Of a stretch of DNA of 64,000 bases, positions 51,713-64,000 are shown one piece after another; positions within the stretch are counted from its first letter, which is position 1; each line of letters opens with the position of its first letter. Made by a program: the position numbers and the translations under genes. Under the pieces are notes generated by a model that was given only the letters and a program-made list of their open reading frames with translations, was not told the DNA's origin and did not search any database. The stretch comes from Tricharina praecox (Eukaryota), in contig NW_026250422.1 in the NCBI RefSeq assembly GCF_024521635.1, forward strand, positions 186,001 to 250,000, read 5' to 3'.

Positions 51713-54700
51713 ATGACGGTCGACGGCCTCTCCAACGAGGAAGACTGGCTAGTCCAGTTGGCGCGAATGCAAGAGGCGCTTGCGGCGCACCCGGGCAACG
51801 ACTCGCCGTCTGAGGCGGCGTACGGCGGCGATCTTGATCTGAGCGACGAAGACTTTTTAACGTCGGAGGAGTCGGATGGGATTTTCGACCACGACGAGGA
51901 CGCCGATGACAGCTACGGCTCGTACTCCGAGTATGAAGAGGAGGGGGAGGAGGAGGGCGCGGCGTTCGACGCTAAGTGGCTCGCCCGGAAGTGTCGGCAG
52001 TACTGTGCGCGGAAGTTCGCGGGGCAGTCCGCCGATGAGCTCGCAGAGAATATCCTCAAGGTTCTGAGAAGCGATAGGAACGACGATGCGCTGCAGATGT
52101 CGCTTGCGGATATACTGGGCTATGAGGATGAGGATCTGGTTATGACCTCGGAGCTGATCCAACACCGGGGCGAGATTATATTTGAGGAGCCAGAAGCACT
52201 TGGTGGTGGCGAGGATGCGATTCTCCGGTTGATGTCGAAAGAGCAGCGGGACGAAGCTCTGCGCCAGGCTGATCTGGACCATAAATCCCGGCCGTTAGGA
52301 CCGAAACTCGCCGGGAAGGAGGTCGAGTATCCGCATATCTACCGCGCGTATGCGGCTGGTGATACGCTGAGTACGTTCGGAAAGAAGTATTCGCTGCCCA
52401 AGGGGAGTCAGGAGATCGTCGAGAAGGATTATACAGAGATCAAGATCCCGCCGACGAAGGTTGGCACTGTTGGAGTCAACGAGAAGTTGGTCGCAATTAA
52501 GGATATGGATCACCTCTGCCAGAAGACTTTCGTGGGATACAAGTCACTCAATCGAATGCAGAGTCTAGTATACCCTGTGGCGTACAGAACGAATGAGAAT
52601 ATGCTTATCTGTGCTCCTACTGGTGCTGTGAGGATTCCACTTCCTCTTCTTGGTAATGGTCTTTTTGTATTGCGGTATTGATGGTGGCGGATGATAGGGT
52701 AAAACGGATGCAGCATTGCTCACCATGCTCCGGACGATCGGTCTCAATTGCGTCCCGAGACCTTGGGAGACGACGGAAGCCGAGAACTTCTTCTGCGAGA
52801 AGGACGACTTCAAGATTGTTTACGTAGCACCCATGAAAGCTCTGGCCGCCGAAATCGTTGAGAAGATGGGAAAGCGCCTGGCATGGCTCGGGATCCAGGT
52901 GCGGGAACTGACAGGTAGTAGCCACTGACTCAAAATTTACGGGCGATGCTGATACTCCAAAAGGTGATATGCATCTGACCAAGGCCGAAATCGTCAAGAC
53001 ACAGATCATCGTCACGACGCCCGAGAAGTGGGATGTAGTCACACGGAAGTCGGTTGGCGATACGGAATTGGTGCAGAAGGTGCGACTGCTCATTTTTGAC
53101 GAGGTCCACATGCTTCACGATGAGCGTGGTGCCGTCATCGAATCCCTCGTGGCCCGTACGCAGCGCCAGGTGGAATCCACCCAGTCCATGATTCGTATCG
53201 TGGGTCTCTCCGCGACACTGCCGAATTATGTCGATGTGGGCGATTTCTTGAGGGTCAACCCGTACGCTGGACTTTTCTACTTTGATGCGTCGTTCAGACC
53301 CGTGCCGCTGGCGCAGAATTTCGTCGGTGTCAAGGGAAAGCCCGGGACTAGGACGTCGAACGACAACCTGGACAAGGCTGCCTACGAGAAGGTGAAGGAG
53401 ATGCTCCTGCGAAACCACCAGGTGATGGTATTCGTGCACTCGCGAAAAGATACCATGAAGACGGCCAAGATGCTCTACCAGATGGCGGTTGATGACGACA
53501 ATGCCAGTCTCCTCGATAACCAAATGCATCCCCGGTACCAATCTGCTGCCAGAGATATGGATCGATCCAAGGGTCGGGAGCTCCGGGATCTCTTCAAGAA
53601 GGGATTCGGAATCCATCACGCTGGTATGCTCAGGTCCGATCGTAATCTCATCGAGCGGACGTTTGCCTCTGGTGCTATAAAAGTCCTCTGCTGTACTGCT
53701 ACCCTCGCTTGGGGTGTTAATTTGCCCGCCACTGCAGTCGTCATTAAAGGTACGCAGGTGTATAATGCCCAGAAGGGTGCATTTATGGATCTCGGTATTC
53801 TCGATGTCCTCCAGATCTTCGGTCGTGCCGGTCGACCGCAGTTCCAGGAATTCGGAATTGGATATATCTGCACTACGCACGATAAGCTGGCCCACTACCT
53901 CGCGGCCGTGACTCAGCAAATTCCGATCGAGTCCCGCCTGGTCGAAAGAATAGTCGACAATCTAAACGCCGAGATCGCGCTGGGAACCGTCACTACGGTC
54001 ACGGAGGCCGTGCAGTGGCTAGGATACTCCTACCTCTTTGTCCGCTGGAAGAAGAATCCCCTGCACTACGGTATCGATTGGTCGGAGCTAATGGATGATC
54101 CCACTTTGGCCGGGAAGCGTCGGGAGTTGATCTTGAGAGCTGCCCGCCGCCTCTCGCAAACGCAGATGATCGTCTTCGATGAACGCACCGAGAACCTCAT
54201 GCCGAAGGATATCGGCCGCATCGCGAGCAATTTCTATATTCTTAATAATAGTATAGAAATCTTCAACGATATGATGAAGCCTAACGCTACGGAGGCCGAC
54301 GTGCTGGTTATGATCAGTTTGAGTGGAGAGTTTGACAATATTCAGATACGAGACTCCGATGGAATGGAACTGGACAGACTAAAGAATGAAGCCTGTCCCT
54401 GTCAGATCCCGAAGGCGAAGGAGGATGAGGGCAAGAAGAAGCCGAAGGTTAAGGAGACCGGGCCGGAGGATACTAAGGGCAAGAAGGGGGCGAAGGAAGA
54501 TGACGGCAGGAATATCGTTACGTCCCATGCAAAGGTCAATATCTTGCTGCAGGCGTATATCTCGAAGGCCAATATTGAGGACTTCGCTCTGGTCTCGGAT
54601 TCTGCATATGTGGCCCAGAATGCGGGCAGGATATGTCGAGCATTGTTCCAGATTGCGATGAACAGGCGTTGGGGGAATCTCTGCCAGGTGCTGTTGTCGC

Positions 54701-57700
54701 TGAGCAAGTCGATCGAGAAGAGGTGAGTCGACTCGTTTCTGCAATGAACCTTTACTGATGAGTTATCAGGATGTGGCCATTCCAGCATCCCCTGGCTCAG
54801 TTCCCGCTTCCTAGCCATATCATCCAGAAGCTCGAAGAAAAAGACCTGTATGTCGAGTCGCTGAAGGAGATGGAGATCGGAGAGATCAGTGCCCTGGTAA
54901 ACAATCAGCGGATGGGTCCAGAGGTAGCCAAGGCAATGGATCGCTTCCCTACCGTCAACATCGAAGTCGAGATAGCCCCTCTGAACCGCGACGTTCTAAG
55001 AATAAAACTCTGGGTCACGCCCGAGTTCAAATGGGACGATCGTATCCACGGCACATCCGAGAGCTACTGGATCTGGGTCGAGAACTCGGATACACTCGAG
55101 ATCTACCACTCCGAGTACTTCATTCTCAGTCGCAGGAAGCTACACGATGATCACGAACTCAACTTTACTATCCCGCTGGCGGATCCGCTGCCGTCGCAGA
55201 TCTATGTCCGTGCCATATCAGATCGGTGGTTGGGCGCGGAAACGGTTGAGGCCGTGTCGTTCCAGCACCTAATCAGGCCCGATACCGAGGCTGTGTACAC
55301 TCCGCTGCTGAATCTGCAGCCGCTTCCGATCACGGCTCTAAAGGATCCGAGGCTTGAGAAGATCTATGGTGAGAGATTCAAGTACTTCAACCCTATGCAG
55401 ACTCAGATCTTCCACACGCTCTACCACACCCCTGCCAATGTGTTGCTTGGATCTCCCACTGGTAGTGGAAAGACCATCGCCTGTGAGCTCGCCATGTGGT
55501 GGACATTCCGCGAGAAGCCCGGATCGAAAGTCGTCTACATTGCGCCAATGAAAGCTCTGGTCCGCGAGCGAGTCAAAGACTGGGGCAAACGTCTCACCAA
55601 GCAGATGGGGCTCAAGTTGGTGGAACTGACGGGTGACAATACGCCCGATACCAGGACCATCAGGGACGCGGATATCATCATCACCACACCCGAGAAGTGG
55701 GATGGTATCTCGAGAAGCTGGCAGACCAGGAGCTATGTGAGGAAGGTGGCGCTGGTGATTATCGACGAGATCCATCTGCTTGGTGGCGACCGTGGTCCGA
55801 TCCTCGAGATTATCGTGTCCCGGATGAACTATATCGCCTCGCAATCGGATACTTCCGTCAGGTTGATGGGCATGTCCACCGCGTGCGCGAACGCTTCGGA
55901 CCTCGCGAATTGGCTCGGTGTCAAGGAAGGACTGTACAACTTTAGGCACTCGGTCCGTCCCGTGCCGCTGGAGATCTATATCGACGGGTTCCCCGAGCAG
56001 ACCGGGTTCTGTCCGTTGATGCAGAGCATGAATCGGCCCGCCTTTCTAGCCATCAAGAATCACTCGCCGACCAAACCAGTAATCATCTTCGTCGCGTCTC
56101 GACGGCAGACGAGACTTACGGCGAAGGATCTGACCAATTTCTGTGGAATGGAAGATAATCCCAGGAGGTTTTTGGGTATGGAGGAGGATGAACTGCAGGG
56201 TATTCTGACGAAGATCAAGGACGACAGTCTGAAGGAGGCGGTACAATTCGGCATTGGTTTGCATCATGCAGGTCTCGTTGAGGCCGACCGTCAGATCGTC
56301 GAGGAACTCTTTACGTTTAACAAGATCCAAGTACTGGTCGCCACTGCGACACTTGCCTGGGGTGTCAACCTTCCCGCGCATCTGGTCATAGTCAAGGGCA
56401 CGCAGTTCTTTGATGCGAAGGTGGAGGGATACCGTGATATGGATCTCACGGATGTGCTACAGATGCTGGGTCGTGCGGGACGTCCGCAGTTCGACACGTC
56501 CGGTATCGCGAGGATCTTCACGCAGGACTCGAAGAAGAGCTTTTACAAGTACTTTTTGCACACGGGTTTCCCGGTCGAGAGCAGTCTTCACAAAGTTGTC
56601 GATGACCATCTGGGTGCCGAGGTCTCTGCTGGTACCATCGCGACCAAGCAAGACGCTCTGGACTACTTGACGTGGACGTTCTTCTTCCGGCGACTGCACA
56701 AGAATCCGACGTACTACGGCCTCGACATCCCCGCCGAAGAGCAGGATTCGCTCAGTGCCCAGGAGGAGGCTAACAATTTCATGGTCGACATCGTGGACAC
56801 GAGCATGAGCGAGCTGACAAAGTCCGGCTGCGTGATAACCCACTCCAATGGCGACGTCGACTCGACGCCGCTGGGGAAGATTGCGTCCTACTACTACCTC
56901 TCGCACAAAACGATGCGCAGTCTGCTCAAGCACGCCAAGCGCAATGCCACACTCGCCGACGCACTGAAGTGGATGAGTACAGCAACCGAATACAACGAGC
57001 TCCCCGTACGACACAACGAAGACCTAGTCAACATCGAGCTCTCGAAAGCACTCCCCGTCTCGGCCAACTCGTTCGGTGTGCCGATGTGGGATCCCCATGT
57101 CAAAGCGTTTCTCCTCATCCAGGCGTTCATGTCGCGCCTAGAACTGCCGATTGCGGATTACATCACGGATCAGAACTCGGTTCTCGATCAGGCGATACGG
57201 ATCATGCAGGCATCCATCGACGTGCTCACGGAACTGGGATTCCTAAGTTCCGTCCGGACGATGATCAACCTGATGCAGTGTATCAAACAAGCGCGCTGGC
57301 TCGACGACGGACCGCTTGCGCAGCTGCCCGGCGTGGACGTCAAGCTGGCGAAGACTGAGGCCGAGAAGACCACTCTGGCCGACGTCGCATCCATGTCCAA
57401 CCAGGATCTGGAATCTCTCGCCCGTCGGCTAGGCGTGCGGAGAATTGACGAAGTAGGTCCCATCGAGTGTCTGACATATATCACCCGTGCCCCGGCTCGC
57501 CAGAAAATATCTCCCACACTGACATGCTGCAGTTCACCCGCGTGTGCACCACCGCTCTTCCGCAACTCGAGCTGAACACCAATACCACTAAGCCGAACAC
57601 TACCTCTAAGCCAAGTACGGGCACGCCGCTGAGCCTGACCCTCACCCGCCGCAACTCGCGCTGGCACCCCACCCGCATGCACGCCCCACGCTTCCCAAAG

Positions 57701-58066
57701 TCGCAGACGGAGGGGTTCTTCGTGCTCGCGGGCGACAAAGACAGCGACGAGATATTCGCGCTCAAGCGCGTTTCGTGGCCCACCAACAACTCCGGCAACT
57801 CCGGCAACCAGCGGGGAAAGGCCGCGGGCAGAGTGAGCGTCAATGTCACCCTGGAGCTGCCGCCCGAGGCGAAGCAGAGGAAAGGCTTGTATGTCTACGC
57901 CATCAGCGATGGCTACATCGGTGTCGAGGCCGAGAGGTTTGTGGGCGACACGGTCGGCGCGGAGGGCTGGGTTAAGGAGGGGAGTAAGGAGTGGGGTGCC
58001 GCTGTGGGAGGGGGGGGCGGTGGGGGGGCGGTGGCCGGGGCGAGGGGCGGGGATGGTGGGTGGTAA
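51713..58066 (+). CDS. SLH1: Ski2-like tandem-cassette RNA helicase Slh1/Rqt2 (ASCC3 orthologue), 5 exons
   Basis: Two helicase plus Sec63 cassettes: LNRMQS…[34 protein letters not shown]; and FNPMQTQIF…[39 protein letters not shown]. The second cassette keeps intact motifs, as in Slh1/ASCC3 rather than Brr2. Confidence 0.93.
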
Positions 58067-60267
58067 GCGTAGGCGGATCTTTAGAGGTTGTGAGAGGTGT
58101 GGCAGGCAGACGGGGCCGGAAGGAGTTACGGTACATGTTACAGGTAGAGTGCGATTTGCGGTGCGGTGCGGAGTGCAGAGTGCAGATAAGGATCATTGCC
58201 AATGATTCAGTGATTCGGTGGAATCTAGATGCACCTTGCGTGCCTCGCCTTGCCTTGCCGTCGGAACTTGTCTCAATGGATATATCTGGATACATCTGGT
58301 ACCCATCTACTCGGTTGACCCGTGGGACGACCCGTGGCACTGATGAGTGATGACCGAGCAGAAGCCGCAGACTGCAGACGGCAGTGACGGGATAATGGGA
58401 TTTGCATGTTGCAAGTTGCAATGAACAGAAACAGAAACGGAAATGGAAGATGTGCATTGTGAATGTGAGCATTGTGGGCATTGTGAGCATTGAGCATTGT
58501 GAATGTGAGCATTGTGAGGAGGTAAAGAGGTAAAGAGGTAAAGATAGCATCCGAACCGGCGTGCGACCGCCGACAATAGTTACCAACTTACCGTCACTTT
58601 CGCCCGGTGGGGAGTGGGCAGTATAGAAGTGCAGCGCGACGGGCAGTGTGAAGTGGAAAATAAGCATGAATGATGACTGCGCTGGTGAACCGTGGACGAA
58701 CAACGTAGGTAAGTGGGTATGTCATACATTGTATTGTACATCGTCTTACTTGTCTCATGTCACATGTTCCAGTGCACATGTTCCAACTTCCCGTGCACTA
58801 TGCAGCTGTAAAGTTGTGCAGCTGTGCAGCTGGGTTTCTAAGTTCCAGTGTTTCCTGCTATCTTTGGACCTTACACTGCTTACAGAATACAGGTACTACA
58901 GTCTTCAGGTGCTACAGTCTACATATAGTTGTCAGTTCAGTTGTCAGTTGAAGTTGTGTTATGATGCCATATGTTATTGTTATGATATTATCCTGCAGTG
59001 TGCAGTATACACAACCCACACAATCCAGTGCCCAGTGCCCACATCGTGTATATTCTATGTAGCTATCCGCCGGATGCGGACTACGCAGCCCACACACCCA
59101 GCCCAGACACGCAGCACACACGCATGAAGAAGTGAAGATCGAAGCGATGCAGCGACGGCCATCGTGCACAATGTCACGTTGGCCCTTGGGGTTCGTTCGA
59201 AAACTCTGCGGGTCTGCGGCGCGGGTTTGGGGCTGAAGTCGGAGATGGAGATGGAGAAACGGCTGGGGAAAATATTGGACTCTTGGACAGTCCCCCAGAG
59301 CGGCACGGGCGAATGGTCCGTGGGGTGCAATTGCGGCGATGGGGAGTAGTCAGTGCTCTGCACTCTACTATATATCTGGATACTTGGGCACGTACTGTGC
59401 ATGGGGAAGTAAGGCGTATGTGATCGCTCGAAACTTCGCTGCTGCTGCTGGGCTCGATAACTATCGATAGCCATCACCAGCACTCATCCGCGCTCACTCG
59501 CACGCTCACGTCTTCGTCTTCGTTGTCGTCGACCAGCCCCAGCTCAGCCCAGACCAGCGATCACCCAGCCCAGCTCAGCCCAAGTGCGCCCGCGACGCCC
59601 TCGACGCCACCAACTCCCCTCCCATCCCCTCCCCTCCTCCGCTCCATGTTCCCCATGAACGTTGAAGCGCTGGCCCGAGCCGTGCATCGATCCAGTTGCC
59701 CGTTATTCCGTTGTTTTGTTGGACTCTTGCAGGCTGGCGCCAACGTCCGTTGGCACTTGTCACTTGGCAGGTCTACCGTCTAGTAGGTACTTATGCACCG
59801 GAGATTTCACGCCGCAATCGCCGTCGCCGTCGACGTCGGACCTACCCCGCATCCGGCAGCTCGAGCTAGCCCGTCCTGTACTCTAACTACATAACCACGC
59901 AAAGTCTCAAACGCTCCTGAAGAGTTCTGTGTTGCGCGTGGGGGACTGGAGAGCGAGGGGGAGGGCATAAGGCATGTGGATGGCGGTGGTGAATGGCTGA
60001 TGGCTGATGGCTGAGGGCTCATGGCTGATGCACGTCAAAGGGGCGCCGCACGCGCCACAGCATGTTTTTTTTTCTCGGCTACTCTAGGTACATACTAGAG
60101 AGTGCATGCGGTTTCTTATGCGTTTTTTTGCGTTTTTTCTGCGTTTTTCTTCCTCTGGCATGTCAGGAAGAATCTTGAACTAGCAAAGGCAGATAGATGT
60201 GCCCTTTTTCTTGCGTTAGTTGAGTCTTGACGGTTGGTTGTTGACGTCTGCCCGCATGTGCGTTTGA

Positions 60268-60323
60268 AGGAGGAGGAGGAGGAGGAGGAGGAGGAGGAGG
60301 AGGAGGAGGAGGAGGAGGAGGAG
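60268..60323. repeat. (GGA)n microsatellite, ~18 units, followed by a GAA-rich purine tract
   Basis: Directly visible. Confidence 0.9.
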
Positions 60324-62766
60324 GGAAGAAGAAGAAGAAGCAAAGAAGAATGGAAGAAGAAGCAAAGAAGCAAAGAAGAAGGAAAGAAGGGCGGGAGGAA
60401 AGCCGCTGCCTTCCATACTAGCTATGATAGTAGATAGTACCCAAGTGAGTATTAGCAGGCACGGGCTCGGGTTCGGATCGTCCGTCAATAGTTGTTGATC
60501 CAGCAGAGCTTGAGCCTTAGAGAGGACCAAATCCATAGGGAGGTTTAGCCGCTGAACTTCACCCAGATGCCCTATGTACGGTATCCGTCTGCCAGCGCGA
60601 ATCACCACCGTCGCCTCCTGCCATAGGGTAGAGTACTAGTACTAGTACATGAGCAATCTGCTGCGGCGTGTGTAGAGTAGTACAGCACCGATACATACTC
60701 GAAATCCCAATCTTCACCCGGATTCCCCGGTGTTTTATTGACGATCGCCCGCCGGCTGCGTCGCGAGGTAGGTACTTTCCAGTATTTAGAGTACATAGGC
60801 AGTACATACTTCTTACTTTGGTACATCATACCCGGTCATGGAGAGGGAAGATGAAGAAGAAAAAAAGCCTGGCTCGTCTCAGGTATCATATCGCACACAC
60901 GCAACAACCTTGCTTTCTGCAACTCTGAAACGGCACGTCAACATGGATCCCATGGGAGAGCGAGTTTCCGCCGATGGCAGATGGGAGATGCGCAAGATGA
61001 GGGCAAGAAGTATATTCCGCAGGGGAAGACTTGTCGATAGTAATAGCGCTGAATAATGGTCCTGAATAATGGCCACGAACGGATTGGATGTGGGGGGAGG
61101 GCATGCCGGATTCGGCACTCTGCTCACACGACGTGGAGACGCAGAAGAGGAGGAGGAGAGACGCCCAAGTATAGTTGTCTTCACAATGTCATGGTGATGG
61201 TTTCTCGGCCGGTCTTCGGGTATACTAGAGCATAGTAAATTGAGTACCTATTCTCCCCTTGAACATCTCAAGGTCGTGGAGAGTGGACATGCCGGTATAC
61301 CTGGTACAGTGCCAGCACCACTCTACCACCTATATAGTAGTATGTAAGTAAGCACATACCATGGTTGACGTTCGTATCGTATTCCGCCGAAGCAATAGAC
61401 AATTCTGTCCACCACGGCTTCCATCCAACTACCGCCTCCCGTACCGTCTGTCTGCGCCATGGGTATTTGATGCAGCTGTTTATCCAGGCACCACATCCAC
61501 CACCACCTCCATCACCGCTTGTCCCACCCACCACTCCCACATCCCGGCCCCAATCTTGAGCGCGCGGAGGTTTCTCTGCCGTATCATTTGCTGAGTTCCA
61601 GTGACCTTGCCGCCATAACTTCTTCTTCTTGTCTTGTCTCTCCCCACCCCACCACAACCACGACCACGGCCACGACCACGGCCACGACCACAACCAATCT
61701 TTCGCTGCGCACTCGCTCACTTGGCCCTCACCTCCAGTCGCTCCTTTACGCCACTTTTCGCCTCCAATCTTCCGCGTTGCGCCCAGCGGTCCACTGGTTG
61801 GCCTGCCCTGCGACTAGTCACCTAGCCCATCCGCTCCGATTCGGTCAGCACGGCCGGCATATGCGTTTCGTTGTTTCTCGGTCTCCACCGCCGCCGCCGA
61901 CGACCACCCATTGTACCCCGCTCTCGACAGCAGCGGCGCCCCTGTTTCGAATACCTCCTACCCAGGCACCGTCAAGGCAGTCGTGGCTCCACTGGTGAAG
62001 CCCCCCTCCCCCGTCAGGTACGATACAATACGATACACGATATACACAAGACAGAAATCGAGGCCCTCCAAGGAGTCCTCTGCTGCCCTCTACTAGCACT
62101 GTACTCCACTCTACTCTCTCTTCGTAGCACAGCATACAAGTGCAGTCGGCTGTGCGAGCACTATTTATCGCTGGTGTAGTGAAAGGTGTGTGGCGCGGTG
62201 AATATATATTGGTACACGGCATCAGCATCACCATTCATGTAAGTACATGCTTGGGTTGAATTCAGTTATATTTTGTTTCGGAAGAACTGCCCCCCTCTCT
62301 CTTTCTCCCCCCTCACCCTCGACTACGTTATCGCCCGTCTGCCTGTCATCACACGACGTACACCCGCACAGATTCAGCACTTTACTTTGCTATGCGGATG
62401 GCCTGCTAAAAAAGGATTTCGGTCGAGTAGAATAGCACGTTAAGAAGCGCCCGCCGCCAGGAGAGTCCAAGACCCATATACATCACCTGCCCCGACCCGC
62501 GTCCGGGCCCCCAACTGCTTTTTTTTTTCCCTTCCCTCCGCTCCACCCAACAGACGAAACGGAAAAGAAAAGAAGGAAAAAAACCCCCCATCCCAGCTCC
62601 TCAGCCCAGGAGATTCGGTTAGATTCGTTCATCTACCGCGGGATCTTGCCAACCAACCAATCCATCCATACCGCCTAGGAAGGGAAGGGAAAGGTCGGAA
62701 GCCAGTAGTTTCACCCGCATATACCCATAGATATATATACGGATATCATCCCACACGCGGACCGAG

Positions 62767-64000
62767 ATGGCGAACTTCCTGAGGAGATCGAAAAGCACTC
62801 GTGATACAAGGAGCACCTCGAGGCCCGCATTCCATAGAGACCAACATCAGGACGATCCGCTTGCGTTTCCGTTTCCGTTTCCGCTTCCGCCTAAGACTAC
62901 GACTGGTTCGAAGGATACTACTACTACCGCTACTACCGCTACTACCGCTACTACTAGCACTTCCACTACAGCAGCTACAACGAGGACTCCTGCTGAGGTT
63001 CTACTCTCGCCGTCGATACTGCGCCGTTCCCCATCGGGCTTTGGAAGAAGAAAGGCTGGTACCGAACGATTATATGGTGAAGGAGGAGGAGGAGAGGAGG
63101 AAACAACATCGACTGGAACGTCGAATCTATTCCGGCTGAGCCGCAGAAAGAGCATCTCCAGCACGCGGGAATCCATGATGGCACTCGGTCTACCGGAGAC
63201 GTGGAACCCACCCTCATCCGCGAACCCAATGGAGCGGAAGAAGAGGACCTCGATATTCTTCGGACTCGCATCGCCACTTCTACCAGCGTCCTCAACGCAG
63301 CCGAAGAAGGCGCCACACTCGCACCCGCCGCAGCCGGTAAAGCTCTCCGCTTTCCCGCCGCGGCTGAGACAGCAGCAGACGTCACCACCGCCGCCTCCGG
63401 TGGAGGATGCAACTGTGGGCGTGGCTATCGGAGAGGAGAGTTATATCGGGATGGCCCTCGGGAGCCCGTCGGAGGGATTGATCGCGCAGCGGAAGGAGGC
63501 ATTCCGGAGCATGGAGGCGCTCGGGCAGGCCGGGAGCCCGGCATTCGTGCTTCCGGCCGAGGCATTCGTTGTTGCGTCGCCGTCCGTGCCACGGCCGGCA
63601 ACATCACGATCGAGGAAGGGGAGCAATGGGTCCCATGGGTCCAGCTCAAGGGAGAAGCTCGAGGAGCCACCCAAGACGGCTGGGTGGAAACGGGTGTTTG
63701 GACGTGGGTTGTTTGGCAGCAGGAAGGGCAAGTCGCAGAAAGAGCCGGTACCGGAACTTCCGGTTCATATCCCCGAACCACCGAAAACGCCGGCGTCGAA
63801 ATTGAAGAAATGGAAGTCTGCCAGGGACCCTAAGACGCCGTGCTTGGATGTAAATATCCCATGCGTCGAGATGGAGAGGTACTCGGTCATGTTTGGAAAC
63901 CTTCTCCCGCCGAGTGAGAAGTCGTCGCTGTTTGCGAGACGAAGATCGAGGGATGTGTATGGTGCCCACTCGGCGAGTGGGCAGAGTAGCAGTGATGAGC
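62767..64000 (+). CDS. 5' part of an uncharacterised low-complexity fungal protein, open to the window end
   Basis: No stop from ATG 62767 (MANFLRRSKS…) to 64000. Contains ordered motifs IGMALGSP, WKRVFGRGLF and LDVNIPCVEMERYSVMFGNLL…SSLFARRRS. Missing from the ORF track because its stop lies outside the window. Confidence 0.75.
   Translation, partial: MANFLRRSKSTRDTRSTSRPAFHRDQHQDDPLAFPFPFPLPPKTTTGSKDTTTTATTATTATTSTSTTAATTRTPAEVLLSPSILRRSPSGFGRRKAGTERLYGEGGGGEEETTSTGTSNLFRLSRRKSISSTRESMMALGLPETWNPPSSANPMERKKRTSIFFGLASPLLPASSTQPKKAPHSHPPQPVKLSAFPPRLRQQQTSPPPPPVEDATVGVAIGEESYIGMALGSPSEGLIAQRKEAFRSMEALGQAGSPAFVLPAEAFVVASPSVPRPATSRSRKGSNGSHGSSSREKLEEPPKTAGWKRVFGRGLFGSRKGKSQKEPVPELPVHIPEPPKTPASKLKKWKSARDPKTPCLDVNIPCVEMERYSVMFGNLLPPSEKSSLFARRRSRDVYGAHSASGQSSSDE

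Noticed and set aside
52930..53919. 329-aa minus-strand ORF
   Set aside because: Antisense shadow of SLH1, expected from its codon bias.
63201..63833. 210-aa plus-strand ORF in the track
   Set aside because: Alternative frame overlapping the longer motif-bearing ORF that starts at 62767.

Overview
Intron-containing fungal DNA from a filamentous ascomycete, with GT-AG introns carrying CTRAC/GCTAAC branch sites. A Pezizomycetes-like host is a guess. From left to right: (1) an accessory, defence-like block at about 1.7-11.7 kb with a cytoplasmic ricin-B lectin, an 8-exon SesB-like alpha/beta-hydrolase-NACHT-ankyrin NLR and an RBR E3 ligase. (2) A core block with a Zn2Cys6 transcription factor, ARP6, NC2-beta, an LRR protein and a hypothetical protein. 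(3) A decayed island at about 27.2-32.2 kb with two non-autonomous TIR elements and three tandem, broken paralogues of an unrecognised small gene. The two copies that retain a 3' end both finish in a CaaX box (CIVM, CLVM). (4) A PTH11-like membrane protein, an orphan transmembrane protein, an XPT1/HPT1-type phosphoribosyltransferase, a flavocytochrome b2, an atypical Rab, elongin C, the SLH1/ASCC3 helicase and a long ORF running off the right edge. I recognised no tRNA, rRNA or CRISPR array. All splice models were built by eye and no database searches were run.
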